Positions 18,129 through 28,276 of a stretch of 64,000 nucleotides of DNA are shown here, piece after piece. Source of the DNA: Promethearchaeota archaeon (GTDB lineage Archaea > Asgardarchaeota > Lokiarchaeia > Sigyniarchaeales > SOKP01); the NCBI GenBank assembly GCA_048938895.1, contig JBHLLU010000012.1, positions 8,642-72,641 on the forward strand, in the 5' to 3' direction. The number at the start of each line of letters is the position of its first letter. Position 1 is the first letter of the stretch. The notes beneath the pieces are model-generated. The model did no database searches, was not told where the DNA came from, and worked only from the letters and a program-made list of their open reading frames with translations. Both the position numbers and the translations under genes were made by a program.

Positions 18129-20531
18129 ATTATTATTAGCGAAAAAATATTAGAACGTGGAATTCTACGTTTAAAAATAATAGAAGATAAGGATAAAACT
18201 AAAGAATTAATTGAAATATATGATAATGAAAAATGGATCCCAATTCTTAGAAGTTCTGACCATTTTAGTACATTGCAAATAGCCTCTAGTACAGGGATTT
18301 ATAGTAAGGCATATGATTTTTTGAAAAGCAAGAAAAAGAAATTATACTATACTTTTGAAGATCGAGAATTAAATTTAAATCTTGATTATTGCCTCGAGGA
18401 AGCTAATATACTTCACATTCGGTATAATATAATTGGTAATATTCCACTGAGTTTTAGTAAACTTTGTGTTAATTATGAAATTTTGTTAGGTAAAAATCCA
18501 GACTATATATGGGTACCCCATTTACGACCCAAAAAGAATTTAATTATCGGAGATCATGTTTTTCGGTCCCCAGTTATAATATATAAAAGTGGAAATATTT
18601 CTTTTGCTTTTTTCCCTGATTTAAAAACTTTAAAGGAAAATCATCCTTTCCAAACATTTTTGAGCTTAGATTTAAATCCGGAAAATGATAACTTGTTTCC
18701 CTCTACATCATTTGGGTACGCTAATTACAAACCTTATATGCATGTATTTTTTCGACATAAACCTCGTATTGAATGGCAATTAGAAAAAAAAACTGATTTA
18801 ACATTTCGATACTATATTATTACGTTCTTAAATAAAACACCCTTAGAGATACTACAGTTTATAAATCGTTTCTTATGGGAAAAGTATGGAAGAAGATTGT
18901 TCTATGAAAGCTTAAATCCTCAGATTTTACCTTACAAAATTAATGTGAAAGAAGGGCTGAATTCTATTTTTGAAAGACATAAATTCTGGGGAAATTTTAA
19001 TATCAAAAATAGTGAGTGTGGTGGGATTTGGCATAAAACTTGGTTAGGAATTAAAAAAAAACCCATAGAATTTCTTAACCATGAAAATCTTGAAATCTAT
19101 AAACGTTATAATCAGTCTAATCGAAGATTTGCTGTGATATTAAATAATTCTTGGTTTTCAAATGTCAGAACTAGTTATGGATTAAGGTTTTTTGGAGAGT
19201 TATGGAACGAGGAAGATCTTATCAAAAGATCAGAAAGAATATTGAATACAATTTATTCACTTCCTCGTTCTCAAGGCATATTCCCTGGAATTATACTTTC
19301 TGCGGGGGAGGGATCAGAAGTAGTATCTACAATTAAAGGTTCATTAGGCCTTTCTGTTATTGAAGATTTTAATTTAGTTGATGTTGCCATCACTCTTTAT
19401 TGGATGATTAAAATTCATCACGATTTCAATATTCCTGCTAATAAACTTGTAAGTATTTGTGAAGATTTCTTAATTCTAATTGAAAAATTGCAATTGGAAA
19501 GTGGAGAAATACCAATTATCATTAATTTTGAGGAGACAACGAATAAAGTTGTTATAAAAGATATTTTAAGAAATTCTGCAAGTTCTGGTGCCATCTTAAT
19601 GTTTTTAACTGAATATCACAAGATATCAAAAAAAGAAAAAATCTTAGTACTATGTAAAACAATATCGAAATTTCTTGAAAAGGAAATTGTTCCTGTCGAG
19701 AAATGGCACGATTTTGAGGTATTCTACTCATGTACATCCCCTGTCCCATTCAAATTTGATAAATATACAAACAATCATATAAAAAATACGTTGAGTATGT
19801 ATTGGACTGCTGAAGGATATAAAGAATTATTCAAAATAACCTCAAATGAGGAGTACTTGAAGCTTGGAGAAAAATGCATTGCAAACTTATCCCTATTTCA
19901 ACAAGTCTGGGATATGCCATATATCAGTTATAATACATTTGGTGGTTTTGGATGCCAAAATGTCGACGCAGAATTAAGTGATGCTCGTCAGGGTCTTTTT
20001 GTAAAGACTTATATGGAATATTATCTTCAAACAGGGAAATGGGAATATATGGAAAGAGGAATAGCTGCTTTACGTGCGAGTTGGGCATTACAAATATTAG
20101 AAGAATATAAAGGAATCTGTGAAGGTAATCTTAAAGGAATATCTACGATGAATAGTGATGATAAAGGGTGTATTTCTGAAAACTACGGACATAATGGAAA
20201 AGATGCTCGAATTCCTGGTTATATCATGTTCGATTGGGGTATTGGAACGGCTATGACTGCGACAGCCTATGCTAAAAAACATTTTGGTGATTTATTCATT
20301 GATTTTAAGGAGCATTTTGTGTTTGGGATCGATGGGATTCTTTTAAAAAGCTTTGATTTCATTAATGATCATGTCATACTGGAGCTGGATGTTTTAGATA
20401 AAAACGAAAATATTATTATTAAAGCACGAGATGTCCCTTTTGATTTGATAGAAATATCATTTAATTCAAACTCATTGGGTAAATTTAAAAAAGAGGAACT
20501 TGAAAAAGGAATTATAGAGAAAATATGGTAG
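18129..20531 (+). CDS. large hypothetical protein, probable (alpha/alpha)6-barrel glycosidase-like C-terminus
   Basis: Helical repeats such as YKELFKITSNEEYLKLGE and YYLQTGKWEYMERG; the frame is open from 18129, 48 codons upstream of the TTG at 18273. Confidence 0.6.
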   Translation: MIISEKILERGILRLKIIEDKDKTKELIEIYDNEKWIPILRSSDHFSTLQIASSTGIYSKAYDFLKSKKKKLYYTFEDRELNLNLDYCLEEANILHIRYNIIGNIPLSFSKLCVNYEILLGKNPDYIWVPHLRPKKNLIIGDHVFRSPVIIYKSGNISFAFFPDLKTLKENHPFQTFLSLDLNPENDNLFPSTSFGYANYKPYMHVFFRHKPRIEWQLEKKTDLTFRYYIITFLNKTPLEILQFINRFLWEKYGRRLFYESLNPQILPYKINVKEGLNSIFERHKFWGNFNIKNSECGGIWHKTWLGIKKKPIEFLNHENLEIYKRYNQSNRRFAVILNNSWFSNVRTSYGLRFFGELWNEEDLIKRSERILNTIYSLPRSQGIFPGIILSAGEGSEVVSTIKGSLGLSVIEDFNLVDVAITLYWMIKIHHDFNIPANKLVSICEDFLILIEKLQLESGEIPIIINFEETTNKVVIKDILRNSASSGAILMFLTEYHKISKKEKILVLCKTISKFLEKEIVPVEKWHDFEVFYSCTSPVPFKFDKYTNNHIKNTLSMYWTAEGYKELFKITSNEEYLKLGEKCIANLSLFQQVWDMPYISYNTFGGFGCQNVDAELSDARQGLFVKTYMEYYLQTGKWEYMERGIAALRASWALQILEEYKGICEGNLKGISTMNSDDKGCISENYGHNGKDARIPGYIMFDWGIGTAMTATAYAKKHFGDLFIDFKEHFVFGIDGILLKSFDFINDHVILELDVLDKNENIIIKARDVPFDLIEISFNSNSLGKFKKEELEKGIIEKIW

Positions 20532-20587
20532 ATTTGTCTTTTTTAATTTAAAATTATAAATTTAAGAAGAGATTAAATTAATCATTG

Positions 20588-21454
20588 ATGAATATAATCA
20601 AATCTCCAATTATTTCCTGTTCTCGCAGAACTGATATCCCTGCTTTCTTAATGGATTGGGTTATTGAAAGGTTCAACATAGGTTTTGTTGATGTAGTCAA
20701 TCCTTTTAATAGAAAGCAAATAAGCAGAATTTCATTAGATCCTAAAACTGTGAAATGTATAGTATGGTGGAGTAAAAATTTTCATGAATGGATTGAGTAT
20801 TATATTAAAAATGAAAACCTTTTTAAGTCCTATAAGGGACATTTCTTTCAATTTACAATTAATTCTCCCTCAGAATTAGAAAGTAATATAAAATCATCGA
20901 TAGAGGAACGATTCCAACAGTTAAAATGGCTAATAGACGAATTTGGATTGCACGCCATAAGTTATAGATATGATCCTATAATTTTTTACAAAAATAAGGA
21001 TTCTAACATCATTAAAGATAACCTTAATAAATTTCCATATATAATTGAGAATATTGCCAATCTAGGGATTAATGAGTTGATCTTTTCTTTTGCTACAATT
21101 TATCCTAAGGTTGAAAAAAGAATGACGGCAAGAGGGTATATTCCAATTGATCCACCCGTTTCAAAAAAAAAAGAAACCTTATCTAAGTTAATTAAGATAT
21201 GTGATGAATATAATATTCAAATGAGAGCATGTTGCCAACCAAACTTACTTGAATTCAGTGGCATAAAACAAGCACATTGTATTGATGCAAATAAGATTGA
21301 AAAATTAATAAACGAAACGATTCCGAAAATAAGAGACACAGGACAAAGGAAAGATTGTGGGTGTCATAAATCTAAGGATATAGGGGGATATTCTGGCATT
21401 TTTCAATGCAAGCATAACTGTGATTATTGTTATGCGTCACCTGCTAAAAGATGA
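20588..21454 (+). CDS. DUF1848 family protein (radical-SAM-like)
   Basis: IISCSRRTDIPAF, YRYDPI, CIDA, QRKDCGC.KS.DIG and C.HNCDYCYA motifs. Confidence 0.85.
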   Translation: MNIIKSPIISCSRRTDIPAFLMDWVIERFNIGFVDVVNPFNRKQISRISLDPKTVKCIVWWSKNFHEWIEYYIKNENLFKSYKGHFFQFTINSPSELESNIKSSIEERFQQLKWLIDEFGLHAISYRYDPIIFYKNKDSNIIKDNLNKFPYIIENIANLGINELIFSFATIYPKVEKRMTARGYIPIDPPVSKKKETLSKLIKICDEYNIQMRACCQPNLLEFSGIKQAHCIDANKIEKLINETIPKIRDTGQRKDCGCHKSKDIGGYSGIFQCKHNCDYCYASPAKR

Positions 21455-21466
21455 TTTTATAATTTT

Positions 21467-21919
21467 TTATTTACTTTCAAAGAAATGTCTATGTAATTCC
21501 CAAAAAGGAGGAACAAGACCTAACTCATAAAATATATCATAAAAACAAAAAGCACCCCATTGATCAATTACTTTCCCTTCGGAATTAATATATAATATTG
21601 CAGCTCCTTCAAACTCTACGTGCTTATTCGTTGCCTTAAATCCCCATCCATTTCCAGAATGTGTACCCTGGGCTTTATAACGAATCCACACCTTATCTTT
21701 CTCACCTTTCAATTCAACAATTTCATACTTCAAATCTGGAAACATTGACCTAAAATATTTAATTTCATGCTTTACTTGAGCAGCTCCTCTTTTTTCTATC
21801 TGAATCCATTCCGGATTATAGTCGGGATCTACAATTGCATCCGCTATGGTTAAATCTGGTTTACTCCACATAGATTCAAACCAAAGTTTTGCTAAATTTT
21901 CAGTATCGTTCTCTTGCAT
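21467..21919 (-). CDS. SnoaL-like ester cyclase family protein
   Basis: FPDLKYEI...GEKDKVWIRY..QGTHSG...ATNKHVEFEG. Confidence 0.85.
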   Translation of the reverse strand: MQENDTENLAKLWFESMWSKPDLTIADAIVDPDYNPEWIQIEKRGAAQVKHEIKYFRSMFPDLKYEIVELKGEKDKVWIRYKAQGTHSGNGWGFKATNKHVEFEGAAILYINSEGKVIDQWGAFCFYDIFYELGLVPPFWELHRHFFESK

Positions 21920-21948
21920 ACCATAATCAATCGATTATTTTATTAAAT

Positions 21949-22797
21949 TCATAAAAATCCCAAAAAATTTGATACTCCTTTAATGTCTGGGAGTTGTACT
22001 TTAAAATAGTGAGTGACAATTTCTGATAAGAATTTGAGATAATTCACCTGGATCTGTTCATTATAGACTTCCTTGATATGATCGATAAGAATTTTTGAAG
22101 TCCATACTTTCTCTTCAGAATTTTTTATGAAATCTGCTAGTGTTTTCGAGTATTCAAATACTTTCTGAATCTCATTTCTCAATATTATTAACCCTGTTAT
22201 TAATTCATATTCTTCTAAAAATTTTCTAGCTATTCCCTTCTCAATTACTATTTTCTTTGGGGCAATTATATTATCTCTATCATTAATAACCTTTCTTTTT
22301 TCAAAAATAATAAAGTTTTCGAAATTTTCACGATTATTCTTATAATCAATTTTCGACATAGCAATAATATTAATTCCAAATAGGTTCTCCATAACGTATT
22401 TAAAAAAATGTATAATATGATTCGCGATAAATTGGTCATCTGAAATAATAATAATGGATTTTCCCAAAAAAATTGCTCTAAAAATCGATGCCATGAGAAT
22501 CTCAGGTACATTCAACTTGATTAAATCATGATTTATTGATTCAACTTCGGATGATATGTTTTCCTTTACCTCTTGAGAATCTATAGAATCTGAAACTTGA
22601 ATTTCAAAATCTGCGATAAGACAATCTCTTACCATAAAGTTTTTGTCTACATAAGCAATAAAATTATGTTCACATATCATCCCTGCATTAATATTTATAG
22701 CTAAAAGTCCTTTAGCTAGATTTTTTGTAGCATCATCAGATACTTCGATATTTTCCCATTTAGAACATTTCGGGCATCTAACTTCAATTTTAGCCAT
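21949..22797 (-). CDS. Asgard-type hypothetical protein with N-terminal zinc ribbon
   Basis: MAKIEVRCPKC...GLLAINI..G.ICEHNFIAYVD; likely start at the ATG at 22797. Confidence 0.65.
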   Translation of the reverse strand: MAKIEVRCPKCSKWENIEVSDDATKNLAKGLLAININAGMICEHNFIAYVDKNFMVRDCLIADFEIQVSDSIDSQEVKENISSEVESINHDLIKLNVPEILMASIFRAIFLGKSIIIISDDQFIANHIIHFFKYVMENLFGINIIAMSKIDYKNNRENFENFIIFEKRKVINDRDNIIAPKKIVIEKGIARKFLEEYELITGLIILRNEIQKVFEYSKTLADFIKNSEEKVWTSKILIDHIKEVYNEQIQVNYLKFLSEIVTHYFKVQLPDIKGVSNFLGFL

Positions 22798-23094
22798 AAT
22801 TTCCCTTATAATACTGGTGAATCGTATTCTCAAAAAAAGTATATAGAATTTCTATGTTGATCTCTTACTTATCTATTTATTAAATATTGTGATATCAATT
22901 TATAAGTTTGCGATGACCAGGCTTATTATAATTAAACTATATCTATATTTTTTACTTTTTCAATTATCTCCCTTTATATGATTATTAGACTTTTCAAGAT
23001 TTATGAAATTATCTATCATTCTCCTATGCCTTTAAGGCAATAATGGTAACAAACTTTTTTAAATAGAGTCTAATTAAACATTTAGGGATCTGTA

Positions 23095-23544
23095 ATGAAA
23101 TATAAATATACCACTCGCTATCAAGGCGCTATCATCCTTAAAGGCCAGATATTATTGATTAAACATAGTTTGTATAAGGATGGAGTTGAATACTGGGTAT
23201 TACCAGGTGGTGGACGAGAGGAAGGAGAAACCGAAGAAGAATGTGTTCAGAGGGAGATGAAGGAAGAAACAAATCTGGACGTAGTCGTTGAGCGATTATT
23301 ATTAGAGATAGTTGGACAACCTAACACCACTTACCGGTCCTATAAGACTTATTTATGTAAACCACTAACAATTAATGCACAGCCAGGATATGAACCAGAA
23401 CCAGAAGCTAGTGAAGTGTATGAGATCTCAGAAGTAGGTTGGTTTGATTTGCATAACGAAGAAAACTGGCCAACAGATCAAGTTTTTAAGCGTTTTTTTT
23501 ATCCACAGCTGAAGAAGATACAAAAACTATTAGTTTATGACTAA
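23095..23544 (+). CDS. NUDIX hydrolase
   Basis: Nudix box PGGGREEGETEEECVQREMKEETNL. Confidence 0.92.
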   Translation: MKYKYTTRYQGAIILKGQILLIKHSLYKDGVEYWVLPGGGREEGETEEECVQREMKEETNLDVVVERLLLEIVGQPNTTYRSYKTYLCKPLTINAQPGYEPEPEASEVYEISEVGWFDLHNEENWPTDQVFKRFFYPQLKKIQKLLVYD

Positions 23545-23691
23545 TGAATAATAAAAAGAGTACTAGTTAGAAATTAAGAATCATTAATGCTGTCCATGTA
23601 TCTCATTCTTTTCAAGAGAATATTTTGAAATCAACTTTCCATTTTTCAAATAATAAACCATGAATTATGATATTGTGAAAAAACTCCTAGT

Positions 23692-24171
23692 TTAATATCT
23701 CTTAACTCTACCATAACTTTTTTCAATTAAGTTGGCAATTAGTAGACATACTATAGCAGTAAAATTCTCTGCTGTTAAGAACGCAATTGTATTATTAAAA
23801 AAAAGAGTGCAAGTGTAAAAGCTAACGAAAAAAACAGGAGTAAAGATTGCAAATATAATAATTAACGGTTTTGTTATTGGGAAGTTTAAAAATTGTTGTA
23901 TTCTTGACATATCTAACTGCGTTTTACGGAATTGACTTCTTAATTTTTCTCTTCTCTCGACTTGAGCATAACTTTCAAAAATAATCATTGCAGCAAAAAA
24001 AATTGCCATGGTTATTGCTATTGGAATTAAAATAACCACAAAATAATTGCCGATCCCTAAAATGTACTGACCAATTAATGTTAAAAATAACTGTAAAACC
24101 CCACACATCCCTAAAAGAAGTAACCCAATCCCGACATACTCCTTTGATCTCCAGCGAACTCTTATTGGCAT
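23692..24171 (-). CDS. hypothetical membrane protein (about 4 TM)
   Basis: Four hydrophobic stretches; starts 28 nt downstream of tRNA-Val. Confidence 0.7.
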   Translation of the reverse strand: MPIRVRWRSKEYVGIGLLLLGMCGVLQLFLTLIGQYILGIGNYFVVILIPIAITMAIFFAAMIIFESYAQVERREKLRSQFRKTQLDMSRIQQFLNFPITKPLIIIFAIFTPVFFVSFYTCTLFFNNTIAFLTAENFTAIVCLLIANLIEKSYGRVKRY

Positions 24172-24198
24172 CTTTTTCTTTAACTTTTAGTTTTTTAA

Positions 24199-24272
24199 TG
24201 GGCCCGGCGTGGTTTGAACACGCGACCTTCCGCACGTCAAGCGGACGTCATACCAGGCTAGACCACGGGCCC
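24199..24272 (-). tRNA. tRNA-Val (anticodon GAC), intron-less, CCA not encoded
   Basis: Minus strand reads GGGCCCG TGGTCTAGCCTGGTATGACG TCCGC-TTGACGT-GCGGA AGGTC GCGTG-TTCAAAC-CACGC CGGGCCC A; full cloverleaf. Confidence 0.96.
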
Positions 24273-24470
24273 TTAATTTATCGGTATTAAATATCGAAAT
24301 TGATTATAGATAAATTATTTCATTAAAAAATAAATATTTTATTAAAATTACTTCTATTCGCAATAATTAATTTAAAAACCAAATAAGGAAAATATAAACT
24401 AGAATTGACAAAATTGTAAAAATCCCTCTTAATTTCAAAAAATAGAAATATAAAAAAAGAATATAGGATT

Positions 24471-25694
24471 TTAAACTTTCTTCTCTCTTAAAGCTCTTAT
24501 CATAGGTAAATCATTTCCAGAAAGAATTTCCAACATAGCGCCACCCGCAGTTGAAATGAAAGAAACATCATCAGCTTTTCCCGCCATTGAAGCAGCAGCA
24601 CCCATTTCACCACCACCAATAATTGTAAGGGCTTTATTCTTCTTTGTCGCTGCAACCATCGTATCTACTATTTCATTAGTTGATTTTCTAAAGACTTCTT
24701 TTTCAAAAATACCGGGAGGACCATTTGCAACAATAGTTTTGCATTGCATTAATATTCCATTAAATTGTTCAACAGTTTTGGGGCCGATATCTCCAGTAGT
24801 AGTGTTATAAGTCCCAGCTTCATCTATTTCAATAGCTTTTCTACTACCGTTATCATCGATGATCAAATCTTTGGGGACTATTATTTTGTCTTTATATTTC
24901 TCGTAAGTTTCTTCAATCATATCTCTATTTGCTTCAAGATCTTCAGCAATTATCTTGTGATTTGGTTCTCCCATATTTTTACCTAATGCTTCAAAAATTA
25001 GAATGGCTGTTAACCCTGAGCATAATGCATAATCTAATTTTCCATTGTCGAAGTTGTATTTCATTGCTTTAAACTTATCAATAGCTTTTGCTCCACCTAT
25101 TAACATCGCCATTGGTTTTTCGGGATCTTGCATAATCTTTTTCAATGCATCTAATTCTTTATCGGTTATTGGGCCTGCCATCATTTTAGGCCATCCTACA
25201 ATAGAAGCATGAGCGCGGTGTGCTGCTCCGAACGCATCGACAATCACGTAATCAACTAGAGGAAATAATGTTTTAATCATTTCAGTATTCTCTGCTTCGG
25301 AGAAATCTTTGTAATTTTTCATTTCTCCTTCGAATTTCCGTACGTTATTAAGCATTAAGACTTCCCCTTTTTTGAGATCCTTAATTGCTTGAATTGCTTG
25401 TTCACCGAATATATCTTTTACAAATTTAACAGGACGCCCGAGGTATTTTTCGAGTTCCCTCGCATGTATATCCATATCAGTAAAATCGGCTTCTCCTGGA
25501 CGAGATTGATGAGCCAATATTATAACTGCGCTTTTTTTAAAATATTTATTCAACGCAGGAGCAAGTACGCGAATTCGCGGAGAATCTCTAATTTCCATTT
25601 TATCTAAATCAATGTTGGAATTTATATCTACACGCATTAAGATTTTTTTGCCTTTTAAATCCACATCCTTAAAGGATGTATAATCAATTTTCAT
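24471..25694 (-). CDS. pgk: phosphoglycerate kinase
   Basis: RVDIN, LAHQSRPG, DAFGAAHR, GGAK, DIGP, NGPPGIFE and STAGGA motifs. Confidence 0.95.
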   Translation of the reverse strand: MKIDYTSFKDVDLKGKKILMRVDINSNIDLDKMEIRDSPRIRVLAPALNKYFKKSAVIILAHQSRPGEADFTDMDIHARELEKYLGRPVKFVKDIFGEQAIQAIKDLKKGEVLMLNNVRKFEGEMKNYKDFSEAENTEMIKTLFPLVDYVIVDAFGAAHRAHASIVGWPKMMAGPITDKELDALKKIMQDPEKPMAMLIGGAKAIDKFKAMKYNFDNGKLDYALCSGLTAILIFEALGKNMGEPNHKIIAEDLEANRDMIEETYEKYKDKIIVPKDLIIDDNGSRKAIEIDEAGTYNTTTGDIGPKTVEQFNGILMQCKTIVANGPPGIFEKEVFRKSTNEIVDTMVAATKKNKALTIIGGGEMGAAASMAGKADDVSFISTAGGAMLEILSGNDLPMIRALREKKV

Positions 25695-25888
25695 GTGTTT
25701 ACCTCACTTTAAATTATGAATAATAATTGGTATTTGTAGTAATTTATAATTATTTTGAGTAGTTATTATTTTTTTTTAAAACTTGGAATATTAATTATAA
25801 ATTAAATTAGAAAAATACAAAACAAAGCTAATCTTAATAATAAGAAATAAAGTCCCCTTTCTTAACAAAAATAGTTGTAACTAATATT

Positions 25889-26668
25889 ATGAGTGAGATA
25901 AACGAGATTTTAAACAAACTTATTGATAAAAAAATATCCATACAAGAAGCAGAAAGATTATTACGAGCAAATCAAATTGAGGAAGTTGGAGATTTTGCTA
26001 AATTAGATCTATTTCGTAAAACAAGAACTGGTATGCCGGAGGTTATCTATGCTCAAAATAAGACAGCATCAGTAGTAATTGAGATAATAGAAAAGTTCTT
26101 AGAAAACAAAAATTTCGCGGTCATCTCTCGATATAACGATAAACAAAAGACTATAATAGAACAAACCTTCGAAAAATCAATTAAGTATGAAATAAATATT
26201 AGTAAACTGGGTAAAATAATAGTAATTAAGGAAAAATCATTTGAATTTCCTAAGAAAGGTGGGATCGTAGGAATTGTTACTGCTGGAAGTTCAGACATAC
26301 CAGTTGCTATGGAAGCTGAGGTTATAGCAACAGTTATGGGTTGCACTGTTATTAGAACTTATGATGTTGGTATAGCAGGAATTCATCGAATCTTCACTCC
26401 TTTAAGTCAAATGATTAGAAAAGGTGTTCATGTAATAATTGTATGTGCTGGAATGGAAGGAACACTTCCTGGATTGGTAGCTGCACTTGTTGATGTTCCT
26501 GTTATTGGAGTGCCTATATCGAGTGGTTATGGTATGGGAGAAAAAGGAAAGGGAGCACTAATTACCATGTTACAATCTTGTTCTCCAGGATTATTAGTAG
26601 TAAATATAGATAATGGGTTTGGTGCTGGTGCTTCTGCGGCAATTATTGCAAATAAAATTGCTAACTAG
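25889..26668 (+). CDS. larB: nickel-pincer cofactor biosynthesis protein LarB
   Basis: RTGMPEVIY, AGSSDIPVA.EA, DVGIAGIHR, AGMEGTLP, PISSGYG and VNIDNGFGA motifs. Confidence 0.92.
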   Translation: MSEINEILNKLIDKKISIQEAERLLRANQIEEVGDFAKLDLFRKTRTGMPEVIYAQNKTASVVIEIIEKFLENKNFAVISRYNDKQKTIIEQTFEKSIKYEINISKLGKIIVIKEKSFEFPKKGGIVGIVTAGSSDIPVAMEAEVIATVMGCTVIRTYDVGIAGIHRIFTPLSQMIRKGVHVIIVCAGMEGTLPGLVAALVDVPVIGVPISSGYGMGEKGKGALITMLQSCSPGLLVVNIDNGFGAGASAAIIANKIAN

Positions 26669-26808
26669 TATGTCCAGTTTAAAAATCACTTCTTAATCCT
26701 AAAGCTTATCATTTTATTATTAGCAAAGTTTTGGCAAAGTTATATAATTATTTAACCTTAAATTTCACATATTTAATTAAAAAAACACTATTAAATAAAG
26801 TGAAATAA

Positions 26809-27471
26809 ATGGCAACATTAGCTTCCGAGGAAGCCCTCTCCAAGCTTCGTGAGTTAAATCCAGTATTTGGTTGGTATGTTATTCCTTTCCTTGTTCTTGT
26901 ACTCTACATTTACGGAGTTGAGATTAAAAATGCTAGGGAAACCGGAAATTGGAGCACTATTTTCGCGGGATTAACTTTATTTGGATTGGATTTAATTAAT
27001 GAAATTTGGAATGGGTTAATTTTTACTTTTTCTGATTATTCTGCCTTTTGGACTACCCCTGGAGCAAGTGCTTACATAATATTAATTGGTTGGAATATTG
27101 AGATAGCATTTATGTTCTCAATTGCAGGTATCGTTTTTGCCAAATTCTTGCCAGAGGATAAGAATAAGAAACTTTTTGGACTTCCAAACAGATGGACAAT
27201 GGCAATTGGCTTCACAATATTTTCTGTTTTTGTTGAAATTTTATTAAATCGAGGAAATTATTTAATCTGGGAGTATCCTTGGTGGAACTGGTATAATCCT
27301 GTTCTTATTTTCTTAATAGGTTATTTTCATTTTTTCGTTGGAGCATTTTATGTATATGATTTACCAGAAAGAAAGGCAAAAGTCCGGGTAGTGGGAATAA
27401 TCTATGGCATAGGGATTGGTCTGTTAGTCATCTTTTTACCTTTAGGTATAGCTGGAATAATCAAATTTTAA
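26809..27471 (+). CDS. conserved-looking hypothetical membrane protein
   Basis: About 6 TM segments; DLINEIWN and GWNIEIAFMF motifs. Confidence 0.75.
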   Translation: MATLASEEALSKLRELNPVFGWYVIPFLVLVLYIYGVEIKNARETGNWSTIFAGLTLFGLDLINEIWNGLIFTFSDYSAFWTTPGASAYIILIGWNIEIAFMFSIAGIVFAKFLPEDKNKKLFGLPNRWTMAIGFTIFSVFVEILLNRGNYLIWEYPWWNWYNPVLIFLIGYFHFFVGAFYVYDLPERKAKVRVVGIIYGIGIGLLVIFLPLGIAGIIKF

Positions 27472-27660
27472 TTATTCCTTTTTTTTAAAAAAATCAGTTT
27501 AATGAATTAAACCTTAAACATTTGGCCCTTTTCAATATTTCAAGTTATATAATTTAACCTAGATAAGTATTTATATTAAAATTAATATAATAAATATTGA
27601 ACTTATTTTTATCTAAATAAAACTAAAAAGCGATAAGAACAAGAAATTAGTTGAGACCCC

Positions 27661-28203
27661 ATGGTCGCATCTATTGATCATCACGAACTTTTTGAGAAAT
27701 CTAAGAAGTTTTTTGAAGAAAAAGATATTGACAAAACTATAGATCACTATGAAAAAGCTATTGAACGGTTAGATCGGTCAAAGGTAAAGAATAAATCAGA
27801 TTATATTACTTTTTTAGAAGCTATCTTGGAATTCTGCCGTGAAAATAATTTGCCTGAACAAGAAGCGCTAGTTTTAAGAGCTTTAGGACGAACTTACTCC
27901 TTATTCAAACAACATGTAGAAAGTATGAAGTGCCATTATCAATCTCTAAAGATTCAGAAAAAATTAGGTAAGAAAGTAGAAACTGCAGAAGGTTTGGTGT
28001 TTTTAGCCGAAGACTTAGAAGTAACGGGAAATTACGATAAAAGTGTAGAAGCGTTTCAAGAAGCATCTGAAATTTTTCAAGGACTAGGAAAGTTAAGAAA
28101 AGTAAAAGAAATTAAAAAAGAAATCGATCGACTAAAAGAATTTTCTAAGGAAATGGTTGAAGATGAGTACTTCTTAAATAAATTTCATGTGGATAATTAT
28201 TAA
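27661..28203 (+). CDS. tetratricopeptide repeat protein
   Basis: EALVLRALGRTY...SLKIQKKLG and AEGLVFLAE...GNYDKSVEAFQEASEIF TPR pattern. Confidence 0.75.
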   Translation: MVASIDHHELFEKSKKFFEEKDIDKTIDHYEKAIERLDRSKVKNKSDYITFLEAILEFCRENNLPEQEALVLRALGRTYSLFKQHVESMKCHYQSLKIQKKLGKKVETAEGLVFLAEDLEVTGNYDKSVEAFQEASEIFQGLGKLRKVKEIKKEIDRLKEFSKEMVEDEYFLNKFHVDNY

Positions 28204-28276
28204 TTATAAAAAATGAGTGAAATTTATTTAAAAACCAATTTTTTTTCTCTTTTATTATTCACAATATTGAAATCTA

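Noticed and set aside
23975-24290. ORFs 23975-24235 (-) and 24078-24290 (+)
   Set aside because: They overlap the tRNA-Val gene and the real membrane-protein CDS; shadow ORFs
24150-24300. tRNA as an integration site for a mobile element
   Set aside because: No integrase, no duplicated tRNA 3' end and no phage or transposase genes were seen in the window
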